A DNA stretch of 64,000 nucleotides, taken from Laetmonice hystrix (lineage: Eukaryota). Of this stretch, positions 1 to 13,940 are shown piece after piece. The stretch is taken from assembly GCA_965235115.1 (NCBI GenBank), contig OZ249445.1, forward strand, positions 5,580,001 to 5,644,000, given 5' to 3'. The stretch's first letter is position 1. Each line of letters opens with the position of its first letter. A program made the translations under genes and the position numbers. The notes below the pieces were generated by a model, which ran no database searches, was not told where the DNA came from, and was given only the letters and a program-made list of their open reading frames with translations.

Positions 1-463
1 TCCGGTATATGGGACCTGAATGTAGGTACATTTCCATATTACATGTGGCAACAGTTGACTGGACCAGCCAGTGGGACACGTTCTCCAAAATTAGATCTGA
101 CGCCGAAATTAAATTGGGCGAGTATTTATTAATCACCTTAATAACATTACAACTTTGCGGCAATGTTAACTATCAACCATTATGTTGATTGCAGCCTTGG
201 AGTCAAAAAATTAGCGGAGCCAATATATGATAAACTAGTCCGTGATTTATAAACAATGAATCCTGCTTTCTTTTCAAAAAGTGATGTTGCTAACAAAACG
301 GACAGAGTAGCTTTGTTTATTCTGTGTTATTAGCACTGCAACAAACTTAAGGCCCCCATTCCTCATCAACAGAACTGAGACCAGTCACTCTGTGATCAGC
401 AAACATCGAGGTCAGATTTACCCATACCCCTTCCTTTAGTAGGACCTACCCCATGATGACATT

Positions 464-1819
464 TCACAATGGAGGCTCAGGCTTGTGAGCCAAAAGTCCT
501 GAGTCTGGAGCTTCTTCCCAAATTAATTTCTGAATTCCTTTAAATTTGGGGTGCTTTGCATCACCAACCAAGCCCAGCAACATGCTCTCACTGGTTGTCA
601 GAAAGGTGCCCGCATCCTTTATCCGCTGCAGCGCAAACATTCTGAAATAGCAAGAATGAAACTGAAAGCGGGGAAAGTTTTCTGGCATATATATTATATC
701 ATGACAAAGAAACGGTACTTAAAAACTTTTGATGGGACACTTACTGAAATAATTTTGTAGTTTTCATGTACATGTAGAAAGTTTTGTTAAGGCTGCTAAT
801 GGTTTAACTGGAGCAAATTTATTTGGTCGACATACTCTCCCTGTTCTACATCATTATTGCCCCTTAAACAATCATCTTTACCTGTCTGTCATGCTACGAG
901 ATGAAACTCCATCAGCCAGAACATGAACATCATAATCTCTGTCCAGCAACTCAAGGCTTGTGGCTTGGATGCAGACCTGAGTCTCAATACCACACAGGAT
1001 CACTGATTTGATATCTGTCAATCAAATACTAATGATTATGTTGAGAAAAACTGACAACATTACCAATAGAACTTGGAAAGCTCGTCAGGTTGGAAAATTT
1101 GAGATACACAAGGTATATTGAAATAAGTACATGTATTAGACATTTTCTCCATGTCATAGATTTTTACTACTACGGTACACTTTCTTCAAGGTTTTAACTG
1201 TTCAAAGGAAAATGGTCAGGTGGTATATATATAGGGCCTTAATCCTAAAAAATGTTGAAGAGTTAGAGCTATGTTTACCTGGAAGTTGCTTAAGGTGCTC
1301 CAGCACCTCTGGGACCATCATAGAGAACCTTGTCTTTGCAATAACTGGTAAACCTGACACATCTAGTTCTGTCACGGTTGGCCCCAGACCTTCAACAGGC
1401 AACAACAAAAAGGGGTGCAATTAAATAAAAGCCTAAAACTAAAAAAAGGGGGCGTGGTCAATCCCAGAATCAGATCTGCCCAGTGGCAGTGACCACGACC
1501 CACCCGTGTCCGTGACCTGGCTTGGATCAGTCCATGGGTAGCCTACTTTTAGCTTAGACTTACTTAAGTTATGGCATTAGCTGTAGTCTAGGCTAGTCTA
1601 TATTATATAGCCCTAGCCCGAGGACACGTACGTACCCTTCGGGTACTGCTCGGTGACGATGACGGGCATGCCAAGTTCCCGTGCCCCGGCCAGCATTCGT
1701 CTGGAGACTTCCAAAATCTGGGGATAATACTGGATCGTCTTGCGGAACCCTTCCTGCATGTCACACAGGAACAGAGCCGTCGTATCGCTAGCAATCTTTC
1801 CTAACCTTCGTGACGCCAT
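464..1819 (-). CDS. ISOC2: Isochorismatase domain-containing protein 2 (ISOC2-like), 4 coding exons, 201 aa
   Basis: Exons complement(1636..1819, 1279..1389, 882..1014, 464..641), all GT-AG, phases 1/1/2, total 606 nt. Motifs [51 protein letters not shown] and [17 protein letters not shown] match the ISOC1/ISOC2 isochorismatase family; the short length fits ISOC2. Confidence 0.93.
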
Positions 1820-2000
1820 CCTTACCTCTAGCCGCTACAGCAAGGGCACATTACAGGTACATCTCTTGTCACCGTGGTCCGTGGACCGACCTGTCAAAGT
1901 TCACTTAGCGACTGCTGCCCTCTGGTGGTAAGTAATGAAGTCTCCAATCGGTAACACATGCGCGACTATAAAAGTGAGTCCAAATAAAAATCATTTTGAA
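1820..2000. promoter_or_regulatory. Probable shared promoter region of ISOC2 and H6PD
   Basis: Lies just upstream of the ISOC2 ATG (1819). Contains + strand donor-like sites GTAAGT (1928) and GTGAGT (1974) that could end a non-coding H6PD exon 1, CCAAT (~1945) and a CTCF-consensus match (1913-1928). No transcript evidence. Confidence 0.45.
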
Positions 2001-2932
2001 AAGCTCGAAGGGCTAAAAAAAAAAGATAGATTAAAATATGTGAAACGTAGCTGAATATGAGATATAAGGAGATATATGACGTTCAGATAGGCTATATATT
2101 GTGTCTCCTTTTTTGGTAGATCAGATTTTGCTTCGCAGCTGGAGCCTAAACTTTACTCGTCGCGCGCTTACTTCTGGATTGAATATACGGATCTGGCTAA
2201 AAACCGAAATTGATAGAAATTACAGAAAGAAACTGAAATCTTCCTAATACCAGCACTAATCAGAAGTAAAGATGGTGACTAATATCTATATTGTATCCAT
2301 GATTCTATATTTTTCATGTTTTGACTCTGAAGTATCGGGGAAAAGAAAAATATTGTGTCCGCAGATTTCGGTCCTTTTCGGTACCTTGTTCAATAAGTTT
2401 CAGTGTTGACGCGCACCATGTCGGCGTTCCTTCCGAACAGGTGCGCGCCGCGCCATAGGTAATGCACCCACGTAAAGAAACCTCGTAGTTCCTTTCTACG
2501 TCCCTGATTATATTCCCTTGGGCCCTAAAGTGGGTTGTCATCTCAGTGGTTCAGTATACGGCCGCTGAAGGCTACATTATGACGTTGTATGACAGCGGTC
2601 TGGGCGTGTTTGGTCTGCTATTATATCTAATGTGGTTAGGCCTAACGTTTATGCAGGTGACGTATTTTGGAGGGACAGCAAACCGAGGTTCATAGGCCCT
2701 GGACAATAGAAGCCAATGAACCGTGACCCGACTCCGCCATGCCCATGCACATAACCATGCTGTTTGCCTCCAAATGAGGTCGCTGCATAACCTCTAGGCC
2801 TATAGCTTGCCTAGGTAGCCTCGCCCTCGGTCAGTAGAACCTAAACTAAAGTAAAGTTAAAACTACTCAAGCGTGGCCTCAAGTCAAGGGTCAAATGGGC
2901 CCGCCTATGCCATGGCTATGCTATGCCTATGG

Positions 2933-3712
2933 CAGGCCTCGAATTAGAAGTTAAAAGGGGCACGGCAAAAATTTCCGTCGAGGGCCTTGTTTAAAGGAGG
3001 GCACCACGGCATTTTCAACAAGTTTAGAAGGGCACCACGGCAAATTTACTTCTCCAAAACCAAACCTCGCATGTCTGGCTTAGGCCAAAAAAAAAAAAGT
3101 TTCGTTTCTTGTCCTTTCATATAAAAAAAATGGTGCGGTGACGCGGCTTTTTTTTTTTTTTTGTCTTTCTTTTTTTTTTTGGGATGCAACTAGACAACGG
3201 CCGATTCTTCGAATGCAATTGCTGTTGGGTACATAAATCTTGAAGAAAAGACTAATGCAATGATGTTCAATGTTTTAGAATGTGTAAAACTCACATAAAA
3301 AGCAATAAGACTAACAGAATGGCGCCAACGCCAAAGAACCGTTGCAACGTTCTGTCCCAGCGCTACACTGCCCACCATATGAAGCAGTCGGATTTGAAAA
3401 AAAAGACTTGACGCGGGGGTTTTTAGGTGACGCGCGCGGGGACAAGAAACGAATCTTTTTTTTTTTTTGGCCTTAACAGTAAAACAAGGAATCTTCACAC
3501 TTTAGGTTAGTTGTGTTGGTGATCACTAGGGGATCGATGTCAGGGATGATTCGGGGATGGCTGATTACAGCTGAAGGGCACATGGTAGCAAGGGAAAAGG
3601 GCACCACGGCACTGGACTGCCGTCGATGGTGCAAAAAATAGGAGGGCACCATGGCAAATGGAAGGGGCACGACGGCAATTGCCGTCGATGCCGTCGTGTA
3701 ATTCGAGGCCTG
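2933..3712. mobile_element. Non-autonomous hAT-like DNA transposon (MITE), 780 bp
   Basis: Perfect 14-bp TIR CAGGCCTCGAATTA / TAATTCGAGGCCTG, flanked by direct repeat CTATGG (2927-2932, 3713-3718); about six subterminal AGGGCACCACGGCA-type repeats. Confidence 0.8.
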
Positions 3713-4463
3713 CTATGGTCAGTATCCTGAGCTGAGTAGGGAGTAGGCTAATGCTGGGGCTCATCCAGGATCCAGGAGCAACATAACTCTGGGCCATGCA
3801 GCATTGAAATAGACCAAAAGGGGGCCCAAAATCGCAATAATCACTAAAAAATGATGGCTGAAGACAATCCCCCCCCCCCTAAAAAAAAACTAATTAAAAT
3901 AAATAATAAAAATGTCCGTTCAGATCAAGAAAAAACTGTTAAAATATGTCCAAAACTGCAATTTCACAATTTTCCGGTTAGGGCATCTCCCATAGATGGG
4001 TTTGCTTTGCTTGCCCACTTCCCTCTTTTCCCCGTTCCCTTTTCTCATCTCTGCCCATAATAAATACTTTGTTTAAAAGCCTGTGGTGAGAAATTAAATT
4101 AAATCAATTAAATTTGACCTTTTTTTCAAGTTTCACAAATCCCAGAAACTAGGCCTAACACTAGATCTGAATATTTTATTAGGATGTAAGGGCAAAAGTC
4201 TCCCATCAAACTTTGTATATTAATGTGTCTATAGTGCAGATAGTTCATTCCTGTTTTGAATGAAGCAGAGTCACAAATAATTAATATACCTTGCAACATA
4301 TAACCAAAGTATTATTTGTCTTACCAATATCAGCTATAAGCTAATGGTAGCTGCTGTCTGTCTTTTGTATAAGTTATTTAATATGCATGTACTAGAGGAT
4401 ATGTGTGTATTGACAGGTGCAGAAATGAGAGCTATATTTTGCGTTTCCAGGACAGGTGACGTC

Positions 4464-7400
4464 ATGATCCCAAAACACCTTGCTCTTGGCGTCCTCTGCC
4501 TTGTGGTCTTCAGCTCCTCATCTTCATCATCATCGCCATCATCATCAGGGGAGGAGGAGAGGAGGCCAAGGCTGCCCCCACCAGACCATATCAACATCAT
4601 CCTGGTGGGGGCCACAGGTGACCTTGCAGGAAAGTACCTGTGGAAAGGCCTCTTCTCCTTGTTCAAACACCAGCACCAGAAGGGCAAACTCCACTTCAGC
4701 ATCTACGGCTGTGGCCGCAACGCCCCGGCCGAGGGCAGGCAGACTCTAAGCCGAATGCTTCTACACGCCACCACTTGCTATGATGATGAGTGCCGCAAAA
4801 TTAAGACAGAGTTTGTACAGATTGTCCAGTATCACCAACTGAAGACAGAGAAAGATTATAAGGCATTGGGCAGCAAGATCACAGAAAATACGCTCAACCT
4901 GTATGGGCTGGAGACCAACCAAACCTCATATGAAACTGGGAGGCTATTCTACCTAGCTATCCCTCCATCTGGTCTGAGCAAAGCTGTCCAACATCTACAC
5001 AATCATTTAATGCCTGAGGCTGGCCACCCTTGGGTTCGGCTCGTCATTGAGAAACCATTTGGTCATGACAAGAAGAGTGCCGAGAAGTTGGCAGCCAAAC
5101 TCAATCGGCATTTCAAGGAGGAACAAATATATAGGGTTGACCATTATCTTGGCAAACCTGTTGTTAGATTAATCCTACCATTCAGGTGAGTTCACTTGCT
5201 GTAAAATTACTATGATTGTAATCAATGTTGTATGCAGTATGTACATTTTGTATTTCTAAAGATTTTGTTCAGAAAGTTCTGAAGATAATGAGTCAAGATC
5301 AAGTCAAGATCATGCTGACTATACCTCTCTCAAGCCTTACCTCTTCTGATGTCCAAAAACCTATGGAATAAACCTATAAATTGTATGTGTTATATGTGTA
5401 ACGAAGTTTTGCCCGTAAAATATACGTAATTTGATTCATACGGTTGTTTCGCCTGCCTGTGGAGTTTACAGGGGGCTTGGAACTGAATATTTACTAGTGC
5501 TGCCCCCTGGTGTTTGCAGGTATATAAATCGCGCCACCTATGAGCCACTATGGAACCGTGAGCACGTTGAACGTGTGGAAGTTGTAATGAAGGAAACCTT
5601 AGACTGCACAGGTAAGTCAGCTCATAAATCTTCACAGTTCTATCAGGAAATGAAAACATAAAGAAATAAAACGGTATCTTTTTAAAAATATTTTAAAGGT
5701 GCTGTTTGGTAAACATGACTTTACAAGCCTTCGACTTGGATGGAATCTATGCTACCGGTACTCCTACTGTGTTTAAACATGCGAAAATAGACACTGTGTT
5801 ACAAAGCATCTATCCTCATTAATTAATATTGCATGAATTTCAAGTCATTTAGAGATGTACCGGTATTTAGAATATATATGAGACTGTAACATCTTCCTGA
5901 CACCATGTTACTCTGACTCTACATCACCTTGACTCCTTGAGCTCACCCCCTTGTAACCTCTCCACCAAATTTGACCCAATATGTGACCCAAATCTTCACT
6001 CAAGGTGGTGGTAAGAATTAAATATTTATCAGTATTCTTGACCCAGATTTTCACTCGAGACGCTAACCCGGGTACCCATAGCGCCTTCAGTCCCCAAATA
6101 GCCTCCCCCCCCCCCCCCCCCCCCAAAAAAAATCTCATCCCTGTCTTTCTCCCTGCCCATAACCTAACTCCAATATCGTGGGGATGGTACCCTGGGGAAA
6201 GAACCTCCTCTCAGTTTGATGTATTTCGTCAAGTGATAACCCTTGACATTACATGGATATAATGATCACCTTAAGGTATGTCACCATGACAGCAGTACCG
6301 GAAAAAAAATATTTCAGCCATTCTGACGTCGTGTTCAGCATTTAAGTGGTGTAAGTGGAGTTTTCAGCCTCGTATAGCCTGTGGTACGTGCCGCAGTACT
6401 CGTTGGAATATGAGCACCAAGTTAGGAATTATTGGAATTAAACCGCCAGCTTGCACGGTATATATATTCTGTATGCCTCCCCCATGTTCTATTTCAAGGG
6501 CAAGAGGAAATTGGAGGGTTGAGAGTAGGTAGATGTCGAGTGTATACTGATGTAATTTGTTCAGCAGTCACCGACCAACCTCATGAGGAGACTGGATGTT
6601 AGTGTATGCACACAGACATTTGGTTTCTACTTACACTGCCACTCCTGTCGGAGTGTGCAGAATTTATGGCATATGGCAATCGGATCTCATTCCTGGCGAT
6701 CATTGGGTAAATTTGACTCTCGTTGCATAACGAACGTGCTACAGGAAAGCTTGAATTTCAAATTAAGCTCTGTTTTTTTAATTATAAGGGATTAAAGACG
6801 AGCCCTACCCCCCCTCCACACACACACACACTGGACGCCCTCCTTTATCTGTGACGTCATAGATATAATATGTCTGCATTCATTTTATTGCTAACCGGCT
6901 GAATATCAGATGTCGGTAATATCAAACGTCACAATATTTGAGTGGGGTGTCATAATTCAATCAAGTGTTCAGAAGGCCTGCTCCCCGCCGGCCGACTCTG
7001 GTTTCCGTGAAGCAACATAATACAGGTCAGATTAACGTCATATCAATGTTCATTAGACGAGGTAAGAGAGAAGTAGCTGAAACAGTCACCTAACTCTGTC
7101 ACAGTCATGGACACAATATTTTGTCCCTGTGAAGTAAAACCATTAGCAGCCTGACGCGCGTTTCGTCCCTCAGTTTGGACTCATCAGAGGAACTGGTTTG
7201 TCATAATATCAAACCAACTATTATAAAGCTGGGTATGGAACTGCCTTTTCTTCCAGCACATTTTGTCATCAGGAAATGGAACTCGTGATAAGAGAATTTC
7301 GCACAACGCTTCAGTTTCTTTTTATTATATACTTAAATTTAAATACGGAATTCCAAGACTGTCAGGTTTACTGTCTAAAAAACATATTTTAGTTCTTTAC

Positions 7401-10400
7401 ATCTCTGCGCTACTATTTGTTTTGGGCGGGAGTGTGTGTGTGTGGGGGGGGTGACTCCTCCATCGACAACAGTGTAGTTCTTAACCCTGCCGTTAGGTGC
7501 ATGCCCGCAAGTCCCCAGAAGTCGCCAGCAGAGGGCGTGATAGCCGATATACCAGTCGATATGGCTCTCCATATCGTACTCGACCTTTTCTACAGATCTG
7601 TATTTTAGAGAGGGGGGGAGGCAATATGAGTCCTACGTATGGACTGATCTCCCCACAATAGGACGGTAAAAGTCGATGCTCGTCCTGCCTATACACAAGT
7701 TTTCTGATGTTATCATGCAGGGCCGGGCTGAGGCAAACGGGGTAGCCACCTTCTCTAAGTCTGGGCCAGTAAAATCCGAAAGAAACTTTCTGGGACCATG
7801 CTTATGAACCTCCTTAGAATTGGCAAGTTAGTTCGCCTAGTTGGTGCCTGCTTTGATTGTACGGCCCAGTTAAGTCCTAGTTGATAACTTGGCAAACAAT
7901 TCAAGACTTGATATAAGCCTGGAGGGGCGTTCGGTACAAAGGACTCGGCCAAGAGTATTGTCATACTTAACTCCAGTTAATTCCTGTCTCTGTTTGCAGT
8001 GCTGACATTTGCGCATCTGTTATTTCGGATTTGAGTCTTTGAACGATTTTATCATATTTTCTTCTAGGGCGCTGTCAGATTCTACAGACCATGTTTACCG
8101 CCTAGCGTTTTGTCATAGACGTATCCTCTATCACAGTGACTGCATGTATGAGTGTGTGAGACACAAAGCGAGCTCTAGGCCGCCATAACGAGTCCCCGAA
8201 TCCCCCCCCCCCCCGGCCCCACAACACACACAGACTGCCGTGTGTTAGGCGTACTCCAGACGCCTAATATCATTACGACGTCTGACGGAGGTCACGTATG
8301 GGGGACGCCGGCTTGCTGACGTCAGATGCCACAAACCGCTACGTACCGTGCACATAGACACAATTTCATTACATTTGCTAATGTTTTTCGTAAATTGGAA
8401 AACACGTATGTTCATACTGTTGACAGTCGACTGCGAAACGTGAGACCATTGCTCTGTTCACAATGTGCGAATTTTGTGTCACTCCTTATGACTTGAGATT
8501 AATGCTAATCGATTCCCATTACAATCAAAGGCAGTTAAATAAGCAAATCCCAATGTGACGTCCCACAAATCAACAGTGGCATGAAGCAAACGGTCTAATT
8601 AAATTTTTGACGGCTGTGTGGGGAGGTTATTGGCCTGATGTATGATGGGCGGTGATCAATGGCCCAGCATGCACTGCGCCCACTTCACAGCATCTGACGT
8701 GACGCGTTACCGGGTCGGCCAGCGTCCTGGAGGGTCGCCAGGCTTCCTGTAGTGTTAAAATGGTTGAGTGGGAGGGCGCTTTAGACCCTGGGGAAACTGG
8801 GCCCTTTGTTCAGTTGAGCTAACAGAAGAGGTACGGGCCGCCCGCGAACAAACCCTTTGATCGTCAAACCCACCTGCACCGAGATAATGACGTTTTGAAG
8901 GGTCTCCGAAACGGGGACTGCAATGTTGACCTCATCAGAGGACACTGCTGTCCAGGGCCTGGTTTTCTGAGGTCAAGGCTCCTCATTGGCTGGCCATGTC
9001 TAACCTCAAATCAGAAGCCCGAAACAAAACAAGTGATTCTATCCCCCCAGCCCGATCTACAGTATGTAGTATATGGAAAGAGGCCAAAGTCACACTAAGT
9101 AGTATATGGAAAGAGGCTAAAGTCACACTAAGTATTATATGGAAAGAGGCTAAAGTAACAGTAAGCATTATGGAAAGAGGCCAAAGCCACACTAAGCAGT
9201 ATATGGAAAGAGGCTAAAGTTACAGTAAGTAGTGTATGGAAAGAGGCTGAAGTTACAGTAAGTAGTGTATGGAAAGAGGCTAAAGTTACAGTAAGTAGTA
9301 TATGGAAAGAGGCCAAAGTCACACTAAGTAGTGTATGGAAAGAGGCCAAAGTCACACTAAGTAAGAGGCTAAAGTTACAGTAAGTAGTGTATGGAAAGAG
9401 GCTGAAGTTACAGTAAGTAGTGTATGGAAAAGAGGCCAAAGGGGCAGTATCTATACCCGCTTGGCTCAACTTGAAAATTTTGTGCTTCAACTGGTTGATA
9501 TGAAATACAGGGGAAACTGAGGTTGGACTGCTATTGTTTGACTCGTGGCTGAGTTTTCTCCCTCCACTGCGCCGTTCATTGGTTATGTAGAGTACAGTTA
9601 TAAGTCCTCACAATCGTCAGTTTGTTCTATGCCCCACAAGGAATTATACCCTTCTTTTGACTTCGTTGTGTCTCTTAACCCCACCTGTTGAGTCGGCAGG
9701 GTTGGGCCGGTTTCCCATCCAATCTTCCTCAGCCCGTAGTCCCATCGGACCAGCAGTGGTTGTCATCAACCGGACAAGCCCTGAAAGGTTGCCGCTGTGG
9801 TAGAATGGGCGGCGCTTTTTGCAACCCAGTCCACAGTACCCTAGGGACGCCGCACCGGATCAACCTGTTGTAAGGAGCGAGGTTAAGGGATGAATACGGA
9901 TTGGTAAATTCCCCAAGGAGGATGAACTCCAGAAGCACCAGGAAATCCTCCCGGAACAAAATTGAGCAAGAAGATGTTTGTGGAGGTTTGAGAGGGTGCA
10001 GGAACAACTAATCATACCACGGGAAGGAACCCATGACTCTGTGCCCTGACATTACGGAAGTGGTTTCTTAGCGTTTCCCTTCCTTGCGGTTGGTTCCTTG
10101 ACGTGTGTACCAACAGCGCCCCCTGCCGGTAGAACCAATCACTAGCTGAGGCAGGCATACGAGAATCAGTAGCACATCGTAACTGCCAGTCACGACGAGA
10201 AGTTCCAGAAATAAAAACTGGATGAGGTGGGGGTGGGGGTACGCACGTGCTCTCACCTGGCTCAGCTCTCTAATTGAGTTGAGTTCGGGGACCAGCTGGG
10301 TCCAGAGACACTCCCGCCAGGGGCGCTGCGTACCAGGCGCAGGCGCCGAGACATTAGTATGCCATTAGGTAGTCTAAAAGTCCCACCAGGGGGCAGGCTC

Positions 10401-13400
10401 TTCCTGCCCCGTTCCCGACGCTCTGCAGTGGATCAAGACTTGTCAAACTACATGAATGTCCTGGCAAATGTTTCTCCAATCTTGTTTTTCGGAGAAGCTT
10501 TAGTGAGCTTGCAAGACTACTCTAGGTAACACACATATCTCGGAATCATGTATTTTTTATTCTGACAAATGGTCTGTAAGTGCGCATGAAGTAATATAAA
10601 TGTAGGCTAAACGTGTACTCTCCATACGGCCGTAACGTTCTCCGCACTGGTCCGGCGGCCCCTTTAATAATGAAAGATGTTTCGGTGTTTTTGGGGTCTG
10701 TTTTCTATGTCGTTAATAAATATTTCAAAACGTAAATAGAAACAGTACAACGCAAAGGGGCTGGTCACGCAACCCTTTGCATGCGTTTAGTGACGGGCCG
10801 GGGGGGATGTATTGTTTTCTTCAATGATACAACTTGTAAATGTAATGGATAGGGGATGTCATGAAGATGAGAGGCGTAACTAGAAGTCCGTCCGTTAATG
10901 GTAGGCCTAGGTCTTCTACCATTGTTTTCGTTATTAACGTGGCTTACGGTGATTTCTGGTCAATTGATGTGTTTTGATGCCGCTGCTGCAGCTGACTGAT
11001 AAGAAAATGAACATTAAAATATTTGTAAATTGCTAAAGCTTTATGGATTTCCAGTCTGGCACAATGGTAGAAAGGTAAAGGATAGCTCCCTTGAGGTCGA
11101 GATAATAAAGTTGATGTCATATAGTGTGATAGTGACGCAGGGCCACAAAGAATCATAATGGGCAACTGTGCCGTCATTATGGGCAGTGTGCCGTCAAAAT
11201 GGGAAACGTATCGTCATAATCGTAGATTATGTGTCGTCATAATGAGCAATGTGCCGTCATAGTAGGCAAATATAACAGGGCTGATGTGCTTTGTGCATTG
11301 AAAATTTATATTGAGTCCAAAATCCAGGATGCTTAATTAATTGTGGCATGCACTGCAATAAATAAGAAATTCTATTGAAGATTTGTCAAGAACGTTAGTT
11401 GACTATTGACTGAAATCAGCACAGTCGTATTAATATAGAATTAACTTTGGCCGTTATCTGGACGGCTGACATGTGGTTTGAATGGTGTGTAGATTGATGG
11501 GACAACCACCTGTCAGTTGAGGTGTTTTTGTGCTTTTAGTTCACAACCTGCCCTGATTTACTGCTTACTGGCATCCTCCCGTTAAAAATGAGCCTGGTGG
11601 CGATGATCCAAGCTATCACAAACAGCTAAATATGAGTGGAATATTGGAGTAAGGAGCGAAGTGTTGACTGGAGAATCGTAAATTTACTTTGATGTCGATA
11701 TGAAGATTGTAATGATGTTGTTGAGGTGGATATTGTGATCAGGACCCGTTCCTGTAGGTCTACAGTCCCTGATGACTGCGGCATTCCGTTTGGCCATAGA
11801 CCTAGAGCTTCGACCTCCTCTATATAATAGTATATTTAGGCGCCCATGATTATGCCTATAAGCACTTAGGCCCCTATATGTTTTACTCTAAGGGTCAGAG
11901 AATGGGTGTATCTATTATATAGAAGAGGATCTTAAGTTCCCGTGGGAGACAGTAGATCCCGGCTCGTCTATCGCCTCTCTTTCGGTCGTAAAGGTGGCCT
12001 TATACCGCCACGCGTTAAGCGTGAAGAGATCGACTCGGGGAAGGTGGAGGGGGGGTTGTGGGTTGTGGAGGGGGGGGGGTCACCAAAGTCCATGACCGTT
12101 CTCGGTGTGTGGACCCGTGTATTATGAAAGAACGAATGGCATCAGCGTTTCTCAATTAAAGCTGAAAACGAGGCTATACAGACACAACGGGGCTGAGCCA
12201 TTCATCGCTTACCTTGTCTAATGGGTGCATTGTTCGCCGCATTGTTCGGTGTGAAAATGTTGAAATTTACGGGGAAATACAGGTAAATATACTCATCGCA
12301 ACCATCAGCGGAATACCATAGTAATGCCGCACTGCTGGAGCTGAGTCAACAGATTGTAAGCATTTATTAGAATAGCCGATAGATTTCACACAGTTCAACA
12401 GCTTGATGTAATGGAAGGGTACGTCTGAAAGGTTGGCAGTGTTTGAATGCTGGCTTTAGGAGGCGCTGCCTCCGACTATAATAGGGGCCTCCTAAAGCTA
12501 GGCCAGAGCCAAGACGTCACCCCGCCTAACGATAATGGCAGGCTGATTGGTGCCCATGTTTGAAATACAACGTATTACAAATAGTGCTGTCTGCTTCATA
12601 AACATCCATTCCTGCACGACTGCATGCCCCCCCCCCCCCCCCCCCGCCCAGACAGCGACAGTTGCGTTTCACGCACGTCCTAATTTCGGACCACTTCCTG
12701 AGCGTAAAACCTTCAAAGTATCGAGTCCATCAGGACAGGGAGAAAAACCAGCCCAGATCGGGTTCCGCCCCCCCCCCCCCTGCCGAGGGCTTTGCGGACG
12801 CCGCCAACTCTTACCATGCACGCCGCGATTACCTAAAAACGCTTTTAGTGAGATCATGAATATTTCCTTTTGTTTAAAAGATCCGGAGATAGAAAATAAC
12901 GGAGTGTACTTGTGGGAAACCAAAAAAAAAGGGGGGGGGAGGGGGGTCGCCGACCCGGCGTTTATAGGCGACCTTTACCACGCTTGTATTAGGCGAATAT
13001 AAAAATTTGATCTTTAATGCAGTTCGTTTTATTTACTTTACATTGACTTTGTTTGTGATTCTTTCTCAAAGTCACATTAGTGATTACCCTCCAGATGACC
13101 GCTGAGAATAAGTATGGCCAAGGATGGTGGAAGGATCATTCCACCATTCTTGGTATGACCACCTTGTTCTCGCCGTCCTGAACTCAGGTCTGACAGTATC
13201 CGAGAGGCCGACAGGAGGCCGGGCTATGAATGCCGACAGAACTGTGGGCCACACACATCATCTAAGTGCTAATTAAGATCTATCTTGATATGCCAGACTG
13301 CCCGTGTTCATTAGCGTCCCGTAACAGACAGCCACTGGAAGGAGCAATTCGTACACCTGAACCACGTGAAGATACAGAATGGGAATGGCGGACGTGTGGG

Positions 13401-13907
13401 GGTGGGGGTGGGGGTGGGGGTGGGGGTGACGTCACCCAGTTCCCAGCTCCCCCCACTTGTTGACGCCAACTGAAGTCGCTGAGATAACTCGAGGAAAATA
13501 ACTATGTATAGTCGGTCGATGTGCGTGAAGATTTGATTGTATTTGTGTGTGATTGGTGGCGTGGAATCAGGCTTTCAAGGCGTTTCATGGGGATTGTATT
13601 CATGGTCGATCATCACTGTGGTTGAAATTACACCCGTGTCCTTTATGAGAATATAATTCGTATTGAAAACTCGATCCGAACTCTTGTTTATTAATGCTTC
13701 ACTGACACTCAGATAATCCGTTTATTAACATTAAATTTTGCCTGGAATTGAACTTATTTAGCGACAGGTTTTCAAGGTCATCAAACTTTGAGTCGTTATT
13801 GACGCGTTATTTTTGCCCCAGTCGTCTGTATACTGAAGAATCACAGCCACAGGTTAGGGCCTTGCCATTGATTGTGTTCACTTGTTTTGTGTTGATGTCG
13901 TCGTTGT

Positions 13908-13940
<33 letters not shown>

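Noticed and set aside
8890-8945. Second hammerhead-like motif (minus strand CTGATGA-GGTC...GACC)
   Set aside because: No GAAA directly after stem II and no convincing stems I and III.
9540-10420. GC-richer block with a GGGGCAGG/CCTGCCCC hairpin, considered as a Helitron or LTR end
   Set aside because: No properly placed CTRR end, paired LTR, PBS or recognisable ORF.
11300-11520. Possible LINE reverse-transcriptase C-terminal remnant (QITAKVNSIL) on the minus strand
   Set aside because: Multiple stops and too few conserved residues to support without a profile search.
13095-13152. Mini-exon-like segment MTAENKYGQGW resembling an FN3/Ig strand, in H6PD intron
   Set aside because: Nine-residue resemblance only; 58 nt would frameshift H6PD and no partner exons were found.
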